Origin: a virus
Taxonomy: Duplodnaviria; Caudoviricetes
IMG/VR virus record: IMGVR_UViG_3300033489_000016
Coordinates: 1-46,442 of that record
Strand: one strand, 5' to 3'
Length of the DNA: 46,442 nucleotides
Of this stretch, positions 16,949 through 25,711 are shown in pieces. The notes under the pieces are model-generated. The model did not search any database, was not told where the DNA came from, and saw only the letters and a program-made list of their open reading frames with translations. The stretch's first letter is position 1; every line of letters starts with the position of its first letter. Position numbers and translations under genes: made by a program.

Positions 16949-17680
16949 ATGGGTCAAGCAAATTGGACGGAGTTGGCAAGTTCGTTATCTCAAAGCGTTG
17001 TGAAGCGCGGCGTTACCGCTGGCGTCGTGAAACCGAATGGCGGGGGCAACTTCGTTTTCGGGTTTAACAGTCTCGCGGTTACCGAAGGCGTTGTTGGGTT
17101 TACCAACAATCAGGTCAACTACGCGCCTATGACGAAGGGCGGTTCCATTCGTGCTGCGATCAAGCGCGTAACAGGCGGGGGCAATACGAACTTTGCACCG
17201 ATGCTTTACATCGGATTGCAGGGAACTGACGTATCGGATGCCGGTTACATCCTCGGGTTGGCGGATAACGATCCGTACCATATCGTATTGCGTAAGGGCC
17301 CCTTGTCAGAAGGACTCGCAGATCAAGCGCCTTCGCCAACTGTCAGCCCTCGAGTACTTCTTCGCTCGGCAGAAACGTTCAACATCGATACGTGGTTGCA
17401 CCTTCGGTTGGATATGATCGTCGAAGGTACGGGAGACGTTATTCTTCAGGCGTACAAGAACGATCTTACGGTTAACCCGGTCACGGCGCCCGTTTGGACG
17501 ATCGTTACCGGTATGGAAGGACCGCAGTATCCAACAGTCACGGGGTTCATTGATGACGCTTTGGGCATCAATACGGGGCTCGCACCGTACACATCGGGTA
17601 GAGCGGGTTTTGCGTTTTATAGTAACGACGTGACGCGTCGCGGTTTGGTGGACCAAATTGAGGTAGGACGTCAGCTTTAA
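16949..17680 (+). CDS. Virion structural protein, beta-sandwich (lectin-like)
   Basis: AGGAG RBS; DTWLHLRLDMIV and YTSGRAGFAFY...DQIEV pattern. Confidence 0.6.
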   Translation: MGQANWTELASSLSQSVVKRGVTAGVVKPNGGGNFVFGFNSLAVTEGVVGFTNNQVNYAPMTKGGSIRAAIKRVTGGGNTNFAPMLYIGLQGTDVSDAGYILGLADNDPYHIVLRKGPLSEGLADQAPSPTVSPRVLLRSAETFNIDTWLHLRLDMIVEGTGDVILQAYKNDLTVNPVTAPVWTIVTGMEGPQYPTVTGFIDDALGINTGLAPYTSGRAGFAFYSNDVTRRGLVDQIEVGRQL

Positions 17681-18075
17681 TGGGCAGTCCGTTCTCCATA
17701 GATCTCGGAGTGTCTCAGGGACGCATTCCATCAACGAGCGCGCCGGATGGATCATACGTCTACGAGTTCGGGCATACTCAGCGAATCGATGAACGTGTTG
17801 CGGCTGGCGATTACCACGAGGTTCAACAAACCGTTACGCTAAGCCCGCAAGCGGCGCTTCTTCGCGCTACTGTAAAAATCACACCGCCGGACACGATTAC
17901 GACCGGGTATGCGTGGCTTTTCACCATGCGGCTTAACGGGGTCATTCGCGCGTCGCGAACTATCGAGGCTGGCCGGCGCGCGGTTACACTAACGGATTTA
18001 ACGATTCCACTGGCGCTGGCGAATATCGCACCGCTCACGAATCTCATCGCGTTTAGGCTGGAGTTGATTACCTGA
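17680..18075 (+). CDS. Hypothetical virion protein
   Basis: Translationally coupled on both sides (TAATG, TGATG). Confidence 0.65.
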   Translation: MGSPFSIDLGVSQGRIPSTSAPDGSYVYEFGHTQRIDERVAAGDYHEVQQTVTLSPQAALLRATVKITPPDTITTGYAWLFTMRLNGVIRASRTIEAGRRAVTLTDLTIPLALANIAPLTNLIAFRLELIT

Positions 18076-19832
18076 TGCCTTTGATTACCTTACCTAGCGT
18101 AATCCTAGACGCAGTATTCGAAGACAACCTCGATGCAACGCATGCGGTTTGTACGGGAACAGTCGCGGGGTCGTACAACCTTGGCGTAGGAGGGACTTTC
18201 ACAATTGCTGTAGATGGTGGAGCAGCACAAACCATTGTATTCGCCGATGCGCTGTTCAGTGACATTTTAGCCGCAACCGCAACGGAAGTCGCGGCAGCGA
18301 TCAACACGCAGTTAACGGACGCGGTTGCGACTGTAGTTTTAAACAGAATCGTTGTGACGAGTTCGAGTTACGGCGCGACGTCGCAGTTGACGATTACAAA
18401 CGGAACGCTGGCAATCGTAACGCTTTTGGGTTTTGGACCTGGCGTAACCGTGACGCAGAACGGGGTTGATGCGACGCCAGCAATTATCCTCACCAATCGA
18501 AATCCGGCTCCTGGCGAATCAGCGATCCCGGCTGCAGCCTTGATTTATTTCGAGTTTGCCGCAACGACAGGCGTTGCGCCTTTACCCGCAGACATGATCA
18601 TTGAAATAGAAAGTGTGGTCGCGTGGAACGGCACTTCATGGGTAAATGGTTTTAGCGGTACCATCTCGACACCGTTTGCTGATGTTCTTGCGGTTGAGCT
18701 TACGGCCCTCGCGTTATTCACAAGCGCACAAATCGTTGATGTTCGTGTGGTTTTAACCACTCCGGCATTCGATGAGACGTACTATTTCGTCGCGGGCGAT
18801 ACTGCGCCCCCGCTCATCTACGATGTCCAAGGAAGATCTGAAACCGTTTTGCGCGTTACGTTTACGGAACCAGTCAAAATGGTTTTACCTGCGGATTCAG
18901 ACGACGCGCTTAATCCGGCGAACTACATCATCGAACGCCTTTCGCGGCCCGCTGTGTCGGTAAACGTGATCAGCGTCAACGTTTACGATACGTACACTGT
19001 AGATCTCACAACCGATATCGAGCTGACTTTTGGGGCGCCGTACCTCTTGATGGTTTCTAACGTCGTTGACCTCGAGGATAACGCGTTTCTTCCCCCAAAT
19101 AACGCGTTTATGTTTAATGCGTTTGCGCCGGCGTTCCCCAAAGGGCGGCGCTTCAGGCTTTTCGAAATGCTTCCCGAGATTAATCGGCGGGAAGATGCGA
19201 ATCAGGATCTCGAGGTTTTTGTTGGAATATTCCAAGAGATCACGAATTTGTTGTTAAGCCTTGTCGATCGTTGGTCCGACATCATCGATTTGGATTTGGC
19301 GGGCGAGGGGTTTCTCGATGCAATGCTGGTCGATCTAGGAAATCCTTTTTCGGAGTTCGACCTCACGACGATTGATAAACGTCGACTGCTTCGTGTGCTT
19401 GTCAGCATGTATAAACTCAAGGGGACGCCCATCGGGATTGTCGACGTCGTTCGTTTCTTTTTGGGTATCGAAATAACCATTGAGATATTCAACGGTTTCG
19501 ATGCGTGGGAACTTACAGATGCTGGCGCGGATCCTACTGTAGGCAACGAACTCGGGGATGATTTCACCGATGCGTTCGATCCTGCATATTTTGGCCCAGG
19601 GCCGGATGGGCTTTACTCGTTCATTGTCGACAGTCCATATGCGCTTCTTACTGTGGAACAACGGTCTAGAATCGCATCGATAGCTGAACTGATGAAACCG
19701 GCGCACACACACTTAGTGGCCATAACAGATCCAACACCCGAGATTCCAATTGATCACGTTGAGTTAGGTCTATCCATGCTAGGCTCTGGTATTCCTGGTG
19801 AGAGCTCGGGAACGTTTGTTTTGCATGCGTAA
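18075..19832 (+). CDS. Baseplate wedge protein I-like (C-terminal) fused to N-terminal Ig-like domains
   Basis: C-terminal FLDAMLVDLG...KRRLLRVLVSMYKLKGTPIGI...MKPAHT is the gpI-type motif; DTAPPLI...LRVTFTEPV...NPANY is Ig-like. Confidence 0.8.
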   Translation: MPLITLPSVILDAVFEDNLDATHAVCTGTVAGSYNLGVGGTFTIAVDGGAAQTIVFADALFSDILAATATEVAAAINTQLTDAVATVVLNRIVVTSSSYGATSQLTITNGTLAIVTLLGFGPGVTVTQNGVDATPAIILTNRNPAPGESAIPAAALIYFEFAATTGVAPLPADMIIEIESVVAWNGTSWVNGFSGTISTPFADVLAVELTALALFTSAQIVDVRVVLTTPAFDETYYFVAGDTAPPLIYDVQGRSETVLRVTFTEPVKMVLPADSDDALNPANYIIERLSRPAVSVNVISVNVYDTYTVDLTTDIELTFGAPYLLMVSNVVDLEDNAFLPPNNAFMFNAFAPAFPKGRRFRLFEMLPEINRREDANQDLEVFVGIFQEITNLLLSLVDRWSDIIDLDLAGEGFLDAMLVDLGNPFSEFDLTTIDKRRLLRVLVSMYKLKGTPIGIVDVVRFFLGIEITIEIFNGFDAWELTDAGADPTVGNELGDDFTDAFDPAYFGPGPDGLYSFIVDSPYALLTVEQRSRIASIAELMKPAHTHLVAITDPTPEIPIDHVELGLSMLGSGIPGESSGTFVLHA

Positions 19833-19931
19833 GGAGAAAGATTGTGGATAAATTAGCTGCGCATTTTGCAGTTTCACAGAGATTAATATCTCTCGTTGTT
19901 CGCAACGAATTATGGATAGGAGGGTAAGCCA

Positions 19932-21530
19932 ATTCAACGCTACGACTTTTATTACAGGCAGAAGGTCAGCCAAATTGAACTTGATGCGGCATTCGATGCG
20001 GTTGAACAGGCGATCACGGCGTTCTTGCAAGGGTTTCAGTACATAGGAGTCGCGCTCGGCGCTGATATCGTTCAGCACAATCCAACGCCCAATCTTACAG
20101 TCGACGCGTCGGCGCCAGCGCTGATCTACGACCAAACGGCGCAGAGGATAACCTGGTCGTCTACTCAAGTTATCGACACCACTCTCGACGAGAATGGATC
20201 GGCTACTGCCGTCACAACGTCGGGTAATGAAAAGTGGTTAGCGGTTTTTGCTGAGTTTGAGCGGCTGCTTACGGATCCCCGTACAGATGGCTACGGGAAC
20301 ACCGTGTTTTTCAATCGCGCCGAGTCGTTTAAGATCAACGTCGTGCAGGGCGTCGAAGCGCCAACCGGCACTGCGGTAAAGCCGGGCCTTCGCGGCGACC
20401 AGATTTTAATTGGCGACGTGCTGATTGATTACGGCATGACTCAGATTCTTAATGCGGATATTGACCAGACTCGCGCGGAGTACCCTTACGATCTTACGGG
20501 GTCTCCAACAGCGGTTCGCGCGAAAAGTATGCAAGAAGCTCTGCAAGATATACTGGACACCGTTAATGGATTTACAGGTGCAAATAATATTTTTACTGGT
20601 GATAACACATTTTCCGCGGGTTTAAACGCAAACGGAGTGTTAGCGCTTGGAGTTGCATCGCTTATTACGATGGTGCATCCAACAGCTTACGCAACGCCGC
20701 GGCTCGCGCTCGCCACCAATTTCAATACGGATTTGCCCACAGATATGCTTTGCCTTGCGCAGTTCGGTTCGAACTCTTCGGGCACGGGGAATATAAGATG
20801 TTACGCATATCTCGATGGTTTTATTATTACGCTTGGGGCGCAGTGGACTACTTCACATAACTGGGTTTTCGATACGGGGGTTACATCTGCGCTTGCACTG
20901 CGTATTGCTGCGGGTGAATTTAATCTTCAACAACATGATGGTAGTTCTCCGTGGGTCGATGCGGCGTGGAGTGATAATTGGTTTAAAATTAATGCGAACG
21001 GTGCAACGATCGATGATGGTGGGAATGCGGGGCTTTTTCGCTACGGGGCTGTAAGAGCGGGTGATTTTTCGTTAGCGTTGCCGAATGCAATTTCGGATAG
21101 CAATCTAACGACAGGTCTTCCGGATTGGGTATATATATATTCGGCGGGAAGCTGGGAAAGCAGGGTTTACTTTGGATTTTTAACAATACCAATTCCTGTA
21201 CCGTTTGGGATTGCGGTTACAGCTTATTTAGATGTGTATGTTAATCCGGGTGCTGCTCGTTCTGGATCTGATCGTATACGTGTAGGGGTTTATCAGCATA
21301 CATACGGGACCGGTTATATCAGCCCATTGGTAGAAAATGTATACGACGATGGAACATCTGATGCGCAGACGATTACAGCGTCATTTTCGTTATCTGGATC
21401 TAATGCAAATGTATCGGTTTTCGCGCAAATACGTGCGGGTAGTGACGGCCACACTAATAATGATTATGTTATAAGCGCGCGGCTGCGATTTAATAAGTCA
21501 TTTCAAGAGTTTAAGCTAATTAGTAATTAA
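19932..21530 (+). CDS. Tail fibre protein; probable non-canonical ATT start at 19932
   Basis: Frame is open from the TAG at 19917; AGGAGG at 19918-19923; sequence QRYDFYYRQKVSQIELDAAFDAVEQ precedes the track start at 20025; 3' half is AT-richer. Confidence 0.75.
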   Translation: MQRYDFYYRQKVSQIELDAAFDAVEQAITAFLQGFQYIGVALGADIVQHNPTPNLTVDASAPALIYDQTAQRITWSSTQVIDTTLDENGSATAVTTSGNEKWLAVFAEFERLLTDPRTDGYGNTVFFNRAESFKINVVQGVEAPTGTAVKPGLRGDQILIGDVLIDYGMTQILNADIDQTRAEYPYDLTGSPTAVRAKSMQEALQDILDTVNGFTGANNIFTGDNTFSAGLNANGVLALGVASLITMVHPTAYATPRLALATNFNTDLPTDMLCLAQFGSNSSGTGNIRCYAYLDGFIITLGAQWTTSHNWVFDTGVTSALALRIAAGEFNLQQHDGSSPWVDAAWSDNWFKINANGATIDDGGNAGLFRYGAVRAGDFSLALPNAISDSNLTTGLPDWVYIYSAGSWESRVYFGFLTIPIPVPFGIAVTAYLDVYVNPGAARSGSDRIRVGVYQHTYGTGYISPLVENVYDDGTSDAQTITASFSLSGSNANVSVFAQIRAGSDGHTNNDYVISARLRFNKSFQEFKLISN

Positions 21531-21615
21531 TATTAGTTAATAGATATGGTGTGTTATTTAATTGTCCTGCAAAGTTTAATTATTTAACTACAGAAATTTC
21601 ACCGGGAGGTTTGTA

Positions 21616-22020
21616 ATGGAACTGGCTCTTTCACACTGGCCGTTTTTGGCTGCGATGCTCTTCTTCGCCGTTCTTACACAGGTCCTAAAAGGGACCGTAT
21701 TCACACAAGAGAACGTTGTTAAGTATAAAACGAAAAAGCATGTGCTTGGCGAACTCATTTGGTGGGGGCGCAAGTCGCTTCCTTTGCATCCCGTGATATT
21801 CGGTATGGGGTTGGGTTTTATTCCCGGCGTTCCCGTATCTGCTGGTGTCGAAACTATCGCCGCGAAGGTTTTCTACTTTGCATTTGCGGGTCTTGTTTCG
21901 ACATGGGCTTTTGCAGTTGTCAAAAGCCTGGCTAAAAAACGAGGTATCGATCTTGAGGCTGTAGAGGATACGCCAACAAGCCCTTCATTACCCTCGCTAA
22001 AACGAGATGGCGATGAGTAA
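21616..22020 (+). CDS. Putative holin
   Basis: GGAGG RBS; about three hydrophobic segments and a charged C-terminus; follows the fibre gene. Confidence 0.55.
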   Translation: MELALSHWPFLAAMLFFAVLTQVLKGTVFTQENVVKYKTKKHVLGELIWWGRKSLPLHPVIFGMGLGFIPGVPVSAGVETIAAKVFYFAFAGLVSTWAFAVVKSLAKKRGIDLEAVEDTPTSPSLPSLKRDGDE

Positions 22021-22348
22021 GGTGTGGACGTGGATCGTGACGCACGTCGAGATCGTGCTCGGAGGAATCGTTGCGGTTCTGGTGGGTTGGATTGCGTGGG
22101 GCACGTACGACCGAAAGGTTAATAAGTTTAAGGACTCTGTGAAGGTTCAGCAAGCTCTTGGGCAAGTCGCGCGCTTGGAAACCAAACGTGACGAGGCGCT
22201 TAAAGACGAACGGGTCCTCGCGAAGAAAGATGAAGCGCTCGCTGCCAAGATTATCGATGCGCAAAAGAAAGCAGTGGAGGTAAGAGAAGATGTCAAAGGA
22301 AGATCGCCAACCGAAATCGCACAACGCTTTAACGAGTTGTATCGTTAG
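22013..22348 (+). CDS. Membrane-anchored coiled-coil protein (i-spanin-like)
   Basis: N-terminal TM helix followed by a charged coiled coil. Confidence 0.55.
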   Translation: MSKVWTWIVTHVEIVLGGIVAVLVGWIAWGTYDRKVNKFKDSVKVQQALGQVARLETKRDEALKDERVLAKKDEALAAKIIDAQKKAVEVREDVKGRSPTEIAQRFNELYR

Positions 22349-22787
22349 CCTTGCACTCCTCTGTGTTTTTCGTCTGCAAGTTTCGACGGCTCTTGCCGCG
22401 GCGCCAAAAAACGATGAGCCCGTCGCGAGGAGCGCTTCGGCGATCACGTTAGATTACGATGGTGCGCTTGGTATTTGGATGCCCCTCGAAATGGCCAAGA
22501 AGGCCCAAGCCGATGTCGAGGAACTGCAAATTGCACGACAGGAAATTCGCCTCATCGACGAGCGCTTGCAGTTGAAAGACGAGCGCATCGCGTTGCTATT
22601 GCATGCGTCGGCAGACAGTAAAAAGATCGCGGAGACCGTTACGGGCGTGCTCGATAAGGCGGTTGCTGCGCAACGTGAAGCGGAAGAAGACGAAGACGGG
22701 TTGTTCTCGGGGCAGCCGATCATTTGGTTGTTGGGGGGAATTATCGTAGGTGCCGTTGGAATGGCGCTGATCGTTAACTTCAAGTAA
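22290..22787 (+). CDS. Coiled-coil protein with signal-like N-terminus and C-terminal TM helix
   Basis: IVSLALLCVF...ALAAA signal-like segment; C-terminal IIWLLGGIIVGAVGMALIV; start uncertain. Confidence 0.55.
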   Translation: MSKEDRQPKSHNALTSCIVSLALLCVFRLQVSTALAAAPKNDEPVARSASAITLDYDGALGIWMPLEMAKKAQADVEELQIARQEIRLIDERLQLKDERIALLLHASADSKKIAETVTGVLDKAVAAQREAEEDEDGLFSGQPIIWLLGGIIVGAVGMALIVNFK

Positions 22788-22795
22788 GAGGCCAC

Positions 22796-23320
22796 ATGAA
22801 GCTCATCCTGTTCGTTATCGCATTGCCACTTGTGCTTCTATCGTGGCTAGCGATTGGGATCCTGTTTTGCGCGCGTTTCGTTCGAGACCTGAAATGGGAC
22901 GGAATAATTCTTACAGCAAAATGGAGGCGGTGGGTCCTTCGTTTCTGGCATTACTCAACAACGATTGGTACGGCGGTTGTGTACCATCCCGCAGCGTTCG
23001 TGCATGGCAACACGGAAGCACGTCGTGTGATCGCTCATGAAAAAGTTCACACGCGGCAAATGGCCGACGAAATGTTCAAATCGTTTCTTGTGGGAATCGC
23101 AGTGCTGTTCGTAACAGGCGATGCGCTCTTGGCGTTCTGTCTTTGGACGTCTGGTATTCTTTGGATCTTGGTGCACTACCTGGCTGCGCTATTGCGCTAC
23201 GGCCCGAAGCGAATGTACCGTGGCGCTGAGCATGAGCGCGCAGCCTACGCTCAATCGGATTGCCTTCACGGGGAAAGCAAAAGCTGGCTCGAGCTCGAGA
23301 CGTTAGATCAAGATCGCTGA
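22796..23320 (+). CDS. Membrane protein with HExxH zincin-like motif
   Basis: TTIG..VVY...VIAHEKVHTRQ...HERAAY; several hydrophobic segments. Confidence 0.65.
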   Translation: MKLILFVIALPLVLLSWLAIGILFCARFVRDLKWDGIILTAKWRRWVLRFWHYSTTIGTAVVYHPAAFVHGNTEARRVIAHEKVHTRQMADEMFKSFLVGIAVLFVTGDALLAFCLWTSGILWILVHYLAALLRYGPKRMYRGAEHERAAYAQSDCLHGESKSWLELETLDQDR

Positions 23321-23326
23321 CGCGCG

Positions 23327-23352
23327 GCGTGCGGGGGGGAAGTACTGCACGC
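23327..23352. terminator. Hairpin between convergent genes, possible terminator
   Basis: GCGTGCGG-loop-CTGCACGC; no clear U tract. Confidence 0.3.
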
Positions 23353-23379
23353 ACAGCGCATCAACGATGTCCAAGTATA

Positions 23380-23991
23380 TCACCCGGAATCGTTAGATGT
23401 CCCGTCCCAGTTTATCGGTATATACTGCGCGCAGCGTTTAATTATGGCGCAGAGCCCCATACTTTTCTGTGTGCTCTCGAGCGCGCAGACTTCTGCATGC
23501 AGGCAAGAGTTGCAAATGCAGTCACGCTCCCAGATGTTTTGGGCTTCCTCCGCGTCGACGCCGGCGAACGATTTCAGATTACTCTCTACAATGTCTAACG
23601 CAGATGGAAAGCCGTCAACACGCGATGATGGTTCAAAGCTCCAAAGTTCGGCGGCGCCAGGCCAGCGTCCGTTGAATCGGAATGCGCGGCTATCGATGGT
23701 TACACTTGCCTTGGGTTTGTAGATCGATAGTGTGTATGTTGCGTTGCGGTCAACGCCCGCTCCGTGGCTTAGCATCCACGCGTGGACGGCTGCGATTCCC
23801 TCAGAACGCATGAATCTCGGCGAATGAATATGCACCTCAAACCGCGCATCCTTGATGATCTCGTTGAACCATTCGATAGCGCCTTTGGTTGGTTTTGCAG
23901 TTATTGGGATAGCCCAGATTTCCTCTGTTAAACCCGGTTCTTGACTGAGTACGCCTTCGAAAATAACTTCTATGATTTTTGGGTTACGCAT
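23380..23991 (-). CDS. Degenerate HAD-like (5'-nucleotidase-type) protein with C-terminal Cys cluster
   Basis: IEVIFEGVL in place of DxDGV, IHSPR, and KPKASVTIDSRAFRFNGRW in place of IDDR; C-terminal CICNSCLHAEVC...C. Confidence 0.6.
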   Translation of the reverse strand: MRNPKIIEVIFEGVLSQEPGLTEEIWAIPITAKPTKGAIEWFNEIIKDARFEVHIHSPRFMRSEGIAAVHAWMLSHGAGVDRNATYTLSIYKPKASVTIDSRAFRFNGRWPGAAELWSFEPSSRVDGFPSALDIVESNLKSFAGVDAEEAQNIWERDCICNSCLHAEVCALESTQKSMGLCAIIKRCAQYIPINWDGTSNDSG

Positions 23992-24428
23992 TCCGCTGCC
24001 TCTCGTTCGTTACGAAACGCCTGCAATTCATCGAGTAATATCAGTAGTTCGTCGTAAAGCATTACTACGATAGGAGGTGTGCCTGGGGATCCCACTTTCC
24101 ATCCGGCTGGTTTCAGGTCCTCCTTTGCCACGAGAAGGACCGGTCTCGTGTCGTTGCGCTCCGTGCGTTTCGCAAGCGTCTCCCGAAGATGCTTTCTCCA
24201 ATCGTAGGTCTTCTCGTGTCGGCACTCGACGTAAAAAGATGTCCCTTCGATATCCGCACCTTCACCCGCAGCCGCGCCTCCGCGTGCGTCCTGATGTCCG
24301 CGGTAAACGGAATCGCCCCAAAACTCACGCAGGTCGCGTGCGACAAGGCGCTCCCAAACCTTCCCTTTGTTTCGCGAGCGTCTCCCCAGCAACACGTTTT
24401 TAGGATTCTTCTTTTTTTGCTTTTTCAC
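23970..24428 (-). CDS. Holliday junction resolvase, Hjc-like PD-(D/E)xK nuclease
   Basis: SRNKGKVWERLVA...ADI...YVECR...PVLLV motif. Confidence 0.75.
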   Translation of the reverse strand: MKKQKKKNPKNVLLGRRSRNKGKVWERLVARDLREFWGDSVYRGHQDARGGAAAGEGADIEGTSFYVECRHEKTYDWRKHLRETLAKRTERNDTRPVLLVAKEDLKPAGWKVGSPGTPPIVVMLYDELLILLDELQAFRNEREAAECVTQKS

Positions 24429-24646
24429 AGCATACGCTCTTTGTAGTATTCTAAAATTCGGGCGGATATCGTTTTCATGCGAATTCCACTTTTATTTGCA
24501 AGGTGAATAGAGGCGAAAGTCAATGTGTACAGCGCGGCTTTTGCGTCGATGTTATTTTCTTCCATTGAAACTAACAACGCGGTTGCGAGGCGATTGTATA
24601 ATTCGACGTTTTCGTCAGTTAGCGGCTCTTGGGATTCATCTGGCAT
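24425..24646 (-). CDS. Small hypothetical protein
   Basis: Overlaps the resolvase start (GTGA); 73 aa, helical. Confidence 0.6.
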   Translation of the reverse strand: MPDESQEPLTDENVELYNRLATALLVSMEENNIDAKAALYTLTFASIHLANKSGIRMKTISARILEYYKERML

Positions 24647-24731
24647 TCCATTAAGTTATGTAATTCTTCTCCGATTGTGTAATTTATTGCACGGCCGTAC
24701 ACGAATAAACGGAGCGCTCCGCCCAAAACGC

Positions 24732-24775
24732 TTGATTACAGTTTCGGCTAATCGCATACTCTTGGTAACGGTTGC
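24732..24775 (+). promoter_or_regulatory. Promoter TTGATT-N17-CATACT with downstream TAACGGTTGC box
   Basis: Same hexamers as the 13501-13529 promoter; the box is the reverse complement of GCAACCGTTA at 29290. Confidence 0.65.
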
Positions 24776-24799
24776 GAATGCAAAGAAAGGCTGGACACG

Positions 24800-25684
24800 A
24801 TGAAACCTGGTATCTTCGCTGTTTCTGATGTCAACTCTGCTGGTGAGATCACGTATTGCCGTTTAAGCGGTGATGTCGACGTCGATAAACTTCGTGAGGT
24901 TTGGGAGGCACGTGGGCTTGATCCGGCATTGCTGCCGGATCCACCTACGGATGAGTATGCGCTCAAGCGTGCATGCCTGGAGTCCAAGGGCAATTTCCGT
25001 GTGCTGGTTCGCCCTCTACAAGGTGTCGCTGGTTACGCGCTCGTCACGGAAACTGCCGATGGACAAGACTTGAAATACGATACGGATGGCATGCTACGCG
25101 CCTACATCACGTACGACAAATCCGATGCCGGTCAGTCTGTTTCGAAAGCGGTTGTCGAACCAAAAGACCATCCGAAAGCAAAATCCATTCGGGCGCTTTT
25201 TGAGGAATATCGCGGAACGCTTTCTTCTCGAATAATCGGGGGCAAGTGGTTGTGGGGTAAATTAGCAGTACTGTGTAAATCTGTGAGCCTTCGTGATACG
25301 GGCGGTGTTTATTTCATCCCATCGGATTGTGTAGAGCAATGGCACGCGTTCTGTGACGCAATCGAAGAGGCGTCGTTGTCGACGATCTTCCACATCCCAG
25401 CGGTACGCGCGGAGGAGGCGATATTCGCCGTACTGGCGGCGCTGCAAGTAGAGGCCGAATCGGAGATAGCTTCAATGGCCGAAGAGCTTTCTAGGGCGGA
25501 TGACGGAGCGCTGGGCGCGCGTGCGCTGCGCTCTCGCGCAATGCGATCTCGAGACGTACGGGCAAAGGTGCAACACTACGAAAAGTTGTTTGAACGAGCA
25601 GTACCCGGTTTACAGGAAAAGATAGATGCGCTCGACGCGGATATTGCTAGTGCGGTGCTTTTACTTTCGCCGGATGGGTCTTAG
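24800..25684 (+). CDS. DUF6744/DUF3150-like protein associated with AAA-VWA modules
   Basis: SVSLRDTGGVYFIP motif followed by a helical C-terminus; adjacent to the VWA gene. Confidence 0.6.
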   Translation: MKPGIFAVSDVNSAGEITYCRLSGDVDVDKLREVWEARGLDPALLPDPPTDEYALKRACLESKGNFRVLVRPLQGVAGYALVTETADGQDLKYDTDGMLRAYITYDKSDAGQSVSKAVVEPKDHPKAKSIRALFEEYRGTLSSRIIGGKWLWGKLAVLCKSVSLRDTGGVYFIPSDCVEQWHAFCDAIEEASLSTIFHIPAVRAEEAIFAVLAALQVEAESEIASMAEELSRADDGALGARALRSRAMRSRDVRAKVQHYEKLFERAVPGLQEKIDALDADIASAVLLLSPDGS

Positions 25685-25711
25685 TTTACGATTGCAAATT
25701 GGAGGTTGGGT

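Noticed and set aside
12748-19919. Genome-wide TAG recoding suggested by in-frame TAGs at 12748 and 19917
   Set aside because: Long genes are uninterrupted and many end normally in TAG; local explanations fit better.
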